The translations under genes were made by a program, and so were the position numbers. Positions 1-6,070 of a DNA stretch of 11,236 nt are shown here, one piece after another. Under the pieces are notes generated by a model, which was given only the letters and a program-made list of their open reading frames with translations, searched no databases and was not told the origin of the DNA. The stretch is from a bacterium (GTDB lineage: Bacteria; Arandabacterota; Arandabacteria; Arandabacterales; JALGWA01): NCBI GenBank assembly GCA_050125095.1, contig JASFEA010000102.1, positions 1-11,236 of the forward strand, given 5' to 3'. Every line of letters starts with the position of its first letter. The stretch's first letter is position 1.

Positions 1-1106
1 TCATCCCAGGCGAATGAGTCGTCCTTATCCCCGTCGCCGTTTAGGTCGACCCCTCCGTCATCGGCGTCTATGTCACCGTCACCGTCGCCGTCCGAACCCG
101 CAAGCACCCAGCCCGTTCCGGTCTTCACCCAGATCTCCTTGGTGCCGGCCGTGTTGCGGAGCTCCGTATCGACGGTCCCGTCATTGTCCAGATCGAACTC
201 ATACTTGAATCCGACCGCGGGTCCGTCCATATCGAACTTGAGCTGGCTTTCATCGACCGGATCTTCTTCCTCACCGTCCTGGTCAATATGGCCGCCGGCC
301 CAGCCGTCGGACCAGTTCTGGGGACCGTCCGGGCCGGAGCCCGTGTGATAGCCCGAGCCGTGGTCGGTCACGAGCTTGTAAAGCTTGGCGCGCTTGCCCT
401 CGTCTTCGCAGGCCTCGATCTTGGCCTTGAGGTCCAGAAATCCCTGCCTGATCGAGGCATGAGTGGCGGGCCTCAGCCTGGCGCTGGGGATGTCACCCTC
501 GTTCCTGGAGTTGCCGTCATGATAGAAGGCAAGGATATTGTCCTGGCTAATGCCGAGGGTGTTATTGACGTAGTTCCAGTAATTCACCATGTCGTTCCAG
601 AAATCGGGACCCTGGTCGTCGCTGCAGAGCAGCAGCGCGAAGGTGCAATCATCGGCAAGTGCAGCCGGCGTTGGCGCGCGGAAGCGCGGCTCGAATTCCC
701 TACGCCGCGGCCTCACTTCGCCTGGTTCGATAAAATGGACGGCCTCCACCACCAGCTTTAGATATTCCCCCTCTCCCCAGAGCGGGGTGGGGCGGGGCTC
801 CGACTGGACCTCGCCGTAGATATGGATATAGGAGAATTCCATGTAGCCGGGAGGGAGGTCGCCTTCCACCTTCATGATGGCATGGGGTTCTATCTCGCGC
901 CTCGCGAATGCCATATCCCCATCGGTCATGAAGACGGGCCATTCGGAGGAGCAGTAGAATCCTTCGACTTCAATGACCTCGCCGATTATGCCGGGACGCC
1001 CGGCATAGACTTCGGGTATGGTCCACACCTGGGCCAGTGCGGGTCCGCCCCACGCCAGGCAAAATGCGGCCAGCAGAGCTGCGATCAGAAGGGGATGGGC
1101 TCTCAT
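1..1106 (-). CDS. Secreted clan CD cysteine peptidase (legumain/C13-like, caspase-hemoglobinase fold), 3'-truncated by the window edge (>368 aa)
   Basis: Manual translation is open from ATG 1106 to base 1; absent from the ORF track because there is no stop in the window. AGGAGG RBS at 1120..1115. Signal peptide MRAHPLLIAALLAAFCLAWGGPALA|Q. Core FALLL..FWNDMVNYWNY..LGISQDNILAFYHDG..PAT..I..GF..L..LYKLVTDHGSG follows the C13-like motif order, with His-Gly at 362..357. The catalytic Cys is not within the window. Confidence 0.8.
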   Translation of the reverse strand, partial: MRAHPLLIAALLAAFCLAWGGPALAQVWTIPEVYAGRPGIIGEVIEVEGFYCSSEWPVFMTDGDMAFARREIEPHAIMKVEGDLPPGYMEFSYIHIYGEVQSEPRPTPLWGEGEYLKLVVEAVHFIEPGEVRPRRREFEPRFRAPTPAALADDCTFALLLCSDDQGPDFWNDMVNYWNYVNNTLGISQDNILAFYHDGNSRNEGDIPSARLRPATHASIRQGFLDLKAKIEACEDEGKRAKLYKLVTDHGSGYHTGSGPDGPQNWSDGWAGGHIDQDGEEEDPVDESQLKFDMDGPAVGFKYEFDLDNDGTVDTELRNTAGTKEIWVKTGTGWVLAGSDGDGDGDIDADDGGVDLNGDGDKDDSFAWD

Positions 1107-1328
1107 GGCGGGTACCTCCTCGGTTTCGGATTGGCGATTCAAGACAATCGCGTGATAGACGGCCTGTGTGTTTAATCGCGGCCGACGCCGATAACTAAGG
1201 CAGGGTTCCTGCGATTTCGCGGAAACCACCCAGGACGGCCGCGGGAGGGTGGGCAGGTCGCCTCCTTTCACCACGTCCATGTGCACTGCCCCACGCTCGC
1301 AGCAGCTTAACTGTTTTCGCAATTGCCG

Positions 1329-1357
1329 ATAATACCAGATAAGTCGCTTTTTGTCAA
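1329..1357 (-). promoter_or_regulatory. Sigma70-type promoter for the peptidase gene
   Basis: TTGACA (1357..1352), 17-bp spacer, TATTAT (1334..1329) with an extended -10 TG. Implies a leader of about 215 nt. Confidence 0.75.
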
Positions 1358-1396
1358 CCTGGAGCCCGGCCTTGTCATGTAACGTAATTGTGTGCG

Positions 1397-1644
1397 GAAT
1401 TGAGGTGGCAGTATGGAGGAAGTGGTATAGAGTGAGGGGCCAGGCCTCTTTCGTTTCCGAATCCGATCCCCGGCGGTCTTGGCGACCCCTCAATTCGTCA
1501 ACCTTTAAGCCTGACCCCTGTCACCGCCGCGGAGAGAGAACTTACCTCGTGCCTTCGGGCCGCACTGTTAAGCACTCCGTAGTGCGATATGCCTCTCCCC
1601 GCGGCCTTTGAGTTCTGCCGCGTCAGCCTGCCGGCGCCGCCCCT
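1397..1644. ncRNA. Candidate structured non-coding element (unassigned)
   Basis: Inverted repeats GCCGCGGAGAGAG 1526-1538 / CTCTCCCCGCGGC 1593-1605 enclose GCC-TTCG-GGC (1551-1560) and GCACT/AGTGC hairpins. Also TGAGGGG 1433-1439 / CCCCTCA 1486-1492 and GAATTGAGG 1397-1405 / CCTCAATTC 1488-1496. No credible ORF. No known family recognised. Confidence 0.3.
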
Positions 1645-1687
1645 GGAGGGGGACTTGCCTGTGCGCGCCATACCAGGTTTTGCTGCT

Positions 1688-3430
1688 TCATCTGAGTGCG
1701 ACGATCTTGCGTACCTCAAGCGCATCGCCGGCACTGAAGCGGCAGAAATATACGCCTTGCGTCACGTCATTGCCGTCAATGTCCTTTCCGTCCCAGGTGA
1801 AGGAGTGGCTGCCGGCCGGGAAGACGCCGTCGAGCACACTGGACACCAGCCTCCCACGGACGTCGTATACGGCGGCGCTGACCGCCGCCCTCCCGGAGAT
1901 GGAAAACCACAGGGCCGACCCGCCCGCCGAGGGATTGGGCCGAGCCTCCGAAAGCCTGATGCGCAGGGGCGACTCCCGCTGGCCGATAGATGCCATTTGC
2001 GTCTCATGTATAACCAGGCGCCGGCCTGTGGCTACGCCCTCCGCGTCCTGGGTGACATTGGCCCCCCCCGAGCCCGGCCACACGATTCTCATGTCCACAG
2101 TGGCTGCCCCTGCAACGCCAAAGTGGGCATCGATGCTGTTTTGAGAAGCGAAACCACCATGCGCGCAGACCTCACGATATCCGATTATATAGTCCGCCTC
2201 ACCCAGGTGGCCGGTCTCGTAGAGGGTGATCTTCGCGCCGATCCCATCCCTGTTGGAGTATGGAATGCCTATGTCATGGTAATGTCCGACGAGGCGGACG
2301 ATCAGATAATCATCTCCGTCCGTATCATTGGTATATAGGTAGTTGGTGGGAGGGCTGTGCTCGTTCCCCGCGGCCAGGTCGAGATCGCCGTCGTTATCGC
2401 AGTCGCCCCAGGCGACGCCGTCCGTGCTTCCCAGTCCGAACTCCGGCGTCTCGGTGAAGGTGGTGTCCCCGTTGTTGACATAGAGGAAGTTGGTATCGGC
2501 AGAGCCGAAGTCGCCGTTGCCCACGGCCAGGTCGAGATCGCCGTCATTGTCGGCGTCGCCCCATGCGAACGTATTGGGGTCGCGGAGGCCGAACCGCGGG
2601 ACGGGCACGAAGGTGGCGTCACCGTTGTTAATGTAAAGGTAGTTCTGGCCGCCGTCCCAGTTGGCCACGGCCACGTCGAGGTCGCCGTCATTATCGAAAT
2701 CCCCGGCGACGAGGCACGACGTGTCGCCCAGCCCGAACTCGGGTATCTCGGTGAAGACCGTATCGCCCTCGTTAATGTAGAGGTAGTTTTGCTCGATATA
2801 GCCGAAGCCGCCGTTGCCCACGGCGAGGTCGGGGTCGCCGTCATTGTCGAAATCACCCCATATGATGGAAGCCGACTGGTTGCCGCCGAAGCGCGCCACG
2901 CTTGTGAACGTGCTGTCGCCATTGTTTATGAGGAGCCTGTTAGCCTGGGGATTGTTAAGGAGCCCGTTGCCCACGGCCAGGTCGAGGTCGCCGTCCAGAT
3001 CGTAGTCGGCCCATGCCATGGCGTTGGTGCGCTTCTTGCCGAGCAGGGGCCCTTCGGTGAATGTGCTGTCGCCGTTATTGAGATATAGGAGGTTCTGGTT
3101 GTCTGCGGTCCCGGTGTTGCCGACGGACATGTCCGCGTCGCCATCATTGTCGAAGTCGACCCAGAGCACCACGAAGGTGTTCCGGTCGCCGAAGGGCGTC
3201 TGCTCGGTGAAGGCCCCGCCCCCGTCATTGGTGAAGAGCCGGTTGGAGCCGGTATAATTGCCGACCGCCAGATCAAGGTCGCCATCGAGGTCGTAATCCC
3301 CCCAGGCGAGGGATATGGTACCATTGGCGCCGAAAGGCGCTGATCCGGTGAATCCGCCATGTGCAGTACTGGCGGAAATGAGGTCTGTTGCCAACAGGCA
3401 AAGTGCCACCGCAACTGCAGTGCTTCTCAT
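1688..3430 (-). CDS. Secreted FG-GAP repeat / ASPIC-UnbV (CRTAC1-like) protein with C-terminal FlgD-Ig / T9SS-like sorting domain, 580 aa
   Basis: Start reassigned to ATG 3430 (MRSTAVAVALCLLA.., signal-like, preceded by AGGAAGGGGG). Seven (W/A)xDxDxDGDxDxxVGN-type repeats. SNRDGIGAKITL..GGFASQNS..AHFGV..IVWP is ASPIC/UnbV-like. C-terminal PNP..VYDVRGRLV..G.HSFTWDGKD..G..V..GVYF..RKIV is FlgD-Ig/Por-CTD-like. Confidence 0.92.
   Translation of the reverse strand: MRSTAVAVALCLLATDLISASTAHGGFTGSAPFGANGTISLAWGDYDLDGDLDLAVGNYTGSNRLFTNDGGGAFTEQTPFGDRNTFVVLWVDFDNDGDADMSVGNTGTADNQNLLYLNNGDSTFTEGPLLGKKRTNAMAWADYDLDGDLDLAVGNGLLNNPQANRLLINNGDSTFTSVARFGGNQSASIIWGDFDNDGDPDLAVGNGGFGYIEQNYLYINEGDTVFTEIPEFGLGDTSCLVAGDFDNDGDLDVAVANWDGGQNYLYINNGDATFVPVPRFGLRDPNTFAWGDADNDGDLDLAVGNGDFGSADTNFLYVNNGDTTFTETPEFGLGSTDGVAWGDCDNDGDLDLAAGNEHSPPTNYLYTNDTDGDDYLIVRLVGHYHDIGIPYSNRDGIGAKITLYETGHLGEADYIIGYREVCAHGGFASQNSIDAHFGVAGAATVDMRIVWPGSGGANVTQDAEGVATGRRLVIHETQMASIGQRESPLRIRLSEARPNPSAGGSALWFSISGRAAVSAAVYDVRGRLVSSVLDGVFPAGSHSFTWDGKDIDGNDVTQGVYFCRFSAGDALEVRKIVALR
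2306..3320 (-). repeat. Seven coding FG-GAP repeats (about 45-50 aa each), probable 7-blade Ca2+-binding beta-propeller
   Basis: WGDYDLDGDLDLAVGN, WVDFDNDGDADMSVGN, WADYDLDGDLDLAVGN, WGDFDNDGDPDLAVGN, AGDFDNDGDLDVAVAN, WGDADNDGDLDLAVGN, WGDCDNDGDLDLAAGN. Boundaries approximate. Confidence 0.85.
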
Positions 3431-3515
3431 ATGAGGGCCCCCTTCCTGGTTTGCTAGGTGTCCGGCCGAAGAGATCGAATTGCCATATTTGGTTGCGGCA
3501 AGCATTTCTAGAAAT

Positions 3516-3544
3516 AGTATAGAGCCATATACCCTACTTGTCAA
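3516..3544 (-). promoter_or_regulatory. Sigma70-type promoter for the FG-GAP gene
   Basis: TTGACA (3544..3539), 17 bp, TATACT (3521..3516). The ORF track's TTG start at 3544 coincides with this -35 box. Confidence 0.75.
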
Positions 3545-3557
3545 GCTTGATCTTGCA

Positions 3558-3587
3558 ATTATACGTCAGATTGTGCTCTCGAGTCAG
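3558..3587 (-). promoter_or_regulatory. Possible second upstream promoter for the FG-GAP gene
   Basis: TATAAT (3563..3558) with a weak -35 CTGACT (3587..3582), 18-bp spacer. Confidence 0.3.
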
Positions 3588-3612
3588 GGGGCGTAATACG
3601 CCAGAAAAGAGA

Positions 3613-3641
3613 TTGACATGGCTTGCTCAGCCGGTTATTCT
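3613..3641 (+). promoter_or_regulatory. Sigma70-type promoter for the HTH/Zn-ribbon gene
   Basis: TTGACA (3613-3618), 17 bp, TATTCT (3636-3641). RBS AGGAG at 3724-3728 before ATG 3736. Confidence 0.7.
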
Positions 3642-3735
3642 GCTAATGAGACCGGTCGGATGTTCCGAAATCGATATTGCGTTGCTGCAAGATGAAGTGA
3701 TGGGATCATAGCCTGAATGAGACAGGAGCTCCAGT

Positions 3736-5493
3736 ATGGCGAAAGTCGAGTTTCCTCCCGCCTTACCCGCGGGATATCGCGAAATCTGGACTGCCCTGAA
3801 GGCAGCTGACTCCGAAAGCCCTTCGAGACAGGCTCTGGCGCGCCAGCTGGGCATCTCCACCCATACGATTCAGCGCATACTGATCGATGGCAATGTGCCT
3901 GACCTTGCCTCTACCAGGAATACCCGGGTGCTGAGGGCATGGGTCAGAATAATCACTCGGCTGGCACACAGGTTCGGCCGGGAGCCCAGAATATGGGTTG
4001 AGGCGGCCGGGATGGCCTGGAATGATGCCGTCCGAGACATTGTGGATGAAACGCTGAATAAATTGGCCGCCCGCGAGACGGCCCTGCGTCCCGAACTGGC
4101 GTCGGCAGGCGAAGTTGAAGCAGCCATTCCCGGGGTGGCGGGCTATGAGTTTCCGGATGAAATAAGCGTGGGCGTTGTCGCGGGCGATCCCCTGGGGCTG
4201 CGGGCCGGTGGCGGCAGTCACTCCTTCCTCGAGGAGTACGTGTTGAGACTGGTGGGATCGATCAGGCCTGGCTGCCGCATTGGCATGACCACGACCGATG
4301 AGGCTACACTTGCGGGAAGCCTGATGGAGCCGGTCGGGGGGCCCGATTTTGTCGCCGGGATGGCGGACACGCTGTCCTTGAGAATGGGCGGGCTTGATGT
4401 CGTTGGTGTGCCTGGACTGAGGATCAGGCTCGCGGCGCTCTGCTTGCGCGCGCGGAGCCTGGAGGCCGGGCCGCCGAGCTGGCTTGCGGGGCTTTCGCAG
4501 TACGCGTCGGGCGATATTAAGTACCTCGTGAGGCTGGGCGATCTGGCCCACCGATTCCTGAGGGGGCAGTGCGGCATTCCCGAAGAGAGGATCATTGCGA
4601 GGGAGGCGGAGAATCTCGAGGACATTGCGGATACCCTTATCACGGAGACTTCGCTGTGGGAGCCATCCATGCATCTCGAGCGCTGGGTCGTCCTGGTTGG
4701 GGACGAGGAGACTTGCCACGCCGTAAGGGGCATTCTCAACGCTCGCGAGGAGGTCGTCCGGGACTACTCGGTTGAGCAACTCCCGGGAGGGCCCCGGGAT
4801 TTTCCGGCCTATCAGGTCGTCCTTGCCCTGCCGGCCCGGAGATCGGAGATGCGTGATCTTCTGAGGGCCGCCACGCGTCTAGAGCTATTCGGAAGCGGAG
4901 CCGCGAACACCGCCAGCCTTTATGCCGGGCTTCTCGCGGCTGGATTCATGAAGCGCAATATCGGCAATCTCATCAATCCATTGATATCGAACGGCCCCCA
5001 TATCCTGGACGAATTCGGAGCCGGCGGGGTGTTCCGGGAAGTGCTCTGCCGGGAGCTCGTGCGGCGGCTGGCAGATGCGATAGACGGGGCGCTCACCGCC
5101 CGGCATTTGTTCACAACCGGGGACGCGGTGTCGGCGCAGGCCAGGTTCCTTGCGCTAGAGCATGCTCGCAGTCTGGTACCCTCAGTCTGGAGCGAGAGCC
5201 TCAACCGGGCGGCCCCGGGATCCATCCGGGTGTCGGAGGGAGACATGCTGACGGTGCCCGCGATGCACTGCCAGTCGTGTTCGGCTTCACTTCTGGACGA
5301 GCACCACAGGGGCCCCTCGGAGCGCTTCTGCCGCGTCTGCTCCGATGAAAACGGGACCCTGAGGCCGCGGGCGAAGGTTGAGGCGATTATAGCCGAGTGG
5401 TTCGAACACTGGCATGGCGCGCTGGACCACAGGGACGCGCTTCGCCAGGCGAAGGACTTCATGGAGAAGATGCCGGCGTGGTGTAGTAACTGA
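3736..5493 (+). CDS. Putative transcriptional regulator: N-terminal HTH, central solute-binding-protein-like region, C-terminal Zn-ribbon (Zn_ribbon_2-like), 585 aa
   Basis: RBS and promoter present; no signal peptide. SRQALARQLGISTHTIQRIL (about 3823-3885) is HTH-like. CQSC-x16-CRVC (5269-5340) followed by DENG.L..IAEWF..A..FMEKMPAW resembles the putative zinc ribbon family PF12674. The middle-domain call is weaker. Confidence 0.8.
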   Translation: MAKVEFPPALPAGYREIWTALKAADSESPSRQALARQLGISTHTIQRILIDGNVPDLASTRNTRVLRAWVRIITRLAHRFGREPRIWVEAAGMAWNDAVRDIVDETLNKLAARETALRPELASAGEVEAAIPGVAGYEFPDEISVGVVAGDPLGLRAGGGSHSFLEEYVLRLVGSIRPGCRIGMTTTDEATLAGSLMEPVGGPDFVAGMADTLSLRMGGLDVVGVPGLRIRLAALCLRARSLEAGPPSWLAGLSQYASGDIKYLVRLGDLAHRFLRGQCGIPEERIIAREAENLEDIADTLITETSLWEPSMHLERWVVLVGDEETCHAVRGILNAREEVVRDYSVEQLPGGPRDFPAYQVVLALPARRSEMRDLLRAATRLELFGSGAANTASLYAGLLAAGFMKRNIGNLINPLISNGPHILDEFGAGGVFREVLCRELVRRLADAIDGALTARHLFTTGDAVSAQARFLALEHARSLVPSVWSESLNRAAPGSIRVSEGDMLTVPAMHCQSCSASLLDEHHRGPSERFCRVCSDENGTLRPRAKVEAIIAEWFEHWHGALDHRDALRQAKDFMEKMPAWCSN

Positions 5494-5523
5494 TTCCGCG
5501 GGTGGGGGCCGGCCAGGGACTGA

Positions 5524-5889
5524 TTAGGGGTCAGTGAGGGTGAGCCTGACAGCCGCGCCGGGATAATCGCCGTTCCCGGCACTCGCTTCCACGCTCATCT
5601 CCACACTCGTCCCGTGTTCGGAGGTTACGCTTACCTTCGCGCCGCACCCCTCGGGATAGACTGCGAACGGCGCGACTCCGAACTCCTCTTCATCGGTCGT
5701 GGTCTGACCTCTATCTCGGGATGATGGGCTCTCCGCGGCGGAACCCGGGGAGCCTAATTCCACTTCAACCACCGGAATCACCTCGAGCCTGACGGACTGG
5801 CGCGCGACGGCCCCTGAGCCGGATGCCGCAGCGCAGGCCGCCACCAGCAGCAAAGCGATCAAAACGCCTGTGATAGTCTTCCCGATCAT
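5524..5889 (-). CDS. Small secreted hypothetical protein (121 aa), beta-rich, possibly pilin/fimbrial-subunit-like
   Basis: ATG 5889 preceded by GGAGAGGGGA. Signal peptide MIGKTITGVLIALLLVAACAAA. Mature part ARQSVRLEVIPVVEVEL...AKVSVT...AAVRLTLTDP. Own promoter immediately upstream. Confidence 0.7.
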   Translation of the reverse strand: MIGKTITGVLIALLLVAACAAASGSGAVARQSVRLEVIPVVEVELGSPGSAAESPSSRDRGQTTTDEEEFGVAPFAVYPEGCGAKVSVTSEHGTSVEMSVEASAGNGDYPGAAVRLTLTDP

Positions 5890-5905
5890 TCCCCTCTCCG
5901 GTTCA

Positions 5906-5935
5906 ATTATAGCATAGGGCGGCGGCACGTGTCCA
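5906..5935 (-). promoter_or_regulatory. Sigma70-type promoter with extended -10 for the small secreted gene
   Basis: TGGACA (5935..5930), 18 bp, TATAAT (5911..5906) preceded by TGC. Confidence 0.65.
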
Positions 5936-6004
5936 TGCCCTAGCGGCCGCGCGAAAATCCCTCAAAGACAGGCAATACAAGCCCCATCCCAGCAAGGGTT
6001 TTGG

Positions 6005-6032
6005 CTAATTCCAGGCGCTTATGTGCCGATAG
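6005..6032 (+). promoter_or_regulatory. Possible sigma28 (FliA/SigD)-type promoter for the giant surface protein
   Basis: TAAT (6006-6009), 15 bp, GCCGATAG (6025-6032), versus consensus TAAA-N15-GCCGATAA. No convincing sigma70 match was seen on this strand. Confidence 0.35.
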
Positions 6033-6070
6033 ATTTTAGAGGCGACCAACCATAGGGGTGTGTCCTGTTT

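Noticed and set aside
987..1007. Perfect 9-bp inverted repeat TATGCCGGG-ACG-CCCGGCATA
   Set aside because: Single copy inside coding sequence with no U-tract; likely chance.
14..1175. Plus-strand ORFs 14..208, 70..348, 288..761, 589..819, 822..1175 and minus-strand 700..942
   Set aside because: Antisense or off-frame shadows of the peptidase gene, typical of GC-rich DNA.
1107..1280. In-frame upstream ATG at 1280 extending the peptidase by 58 aa
   Set aside because: No good RBS, and it would bury the signal peptide. ATG 1106 has AGGAGG at 8 nt.
1433..1650. Assignment of the structured region as 6S RNA, glycine riboswitch, cobalamin riboswitch or c-di-GMP riboswitch
   Set aside because: Only fragments match (GGAGAG..CCGAAGG on the - strand without CTCAGG; rod-like pairing without the usual 6S symmetry or gene context). 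Left unassigned pending an Rfam scan.
2514..2986. Exact 23-bp repeat CCGTTGCCCACGGCCAGGTCGAG (2514-2536, 2964-2986) and related copies, considered as CRISPR or DGR TR/VR
   Set aside because: They encode the conserved LDLAVGNG motif of FG-GAP blades. There is no spacer structure, no long TR/VR-like pair, and no cas or reverse transcriptase gene in the window.
1589..3414. ORFs overlapping the FG-GAP gene (e.g. 1589..2338 +, 2357..3088 +, 2302..2922 -)
   Set aside because: Shadow frames. Their repetitiveness only mirrors the FG-GAP repeats.
3431..3544. ORF-track N-terminal extension of the FG-GAP gene (TTG start at 3544)
   Set aside because: The TTG is the -35 box of a consensus promoter. ATG 3430 has an RBS and begins the signal peptide.
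5494..5523. Bidirectional terminator between the convergent genes
   Set aside because: No convincing hairpin with a U-tract in the 30-bp gap.
3763..5582. Minus-strand ORFs 3763..4779 and 4920..5582 and other small ORFs inside the regulator
   Set aside because: Antisense to a gene with promoter, RBS and recognisable domains; no protein-like features of their own.
5890..5928. ORF-track start at 5928 for the small secreted protein
   Set aside because: It lies within the promoter. ATG 5889 has an RBS and starts the signal peptide.
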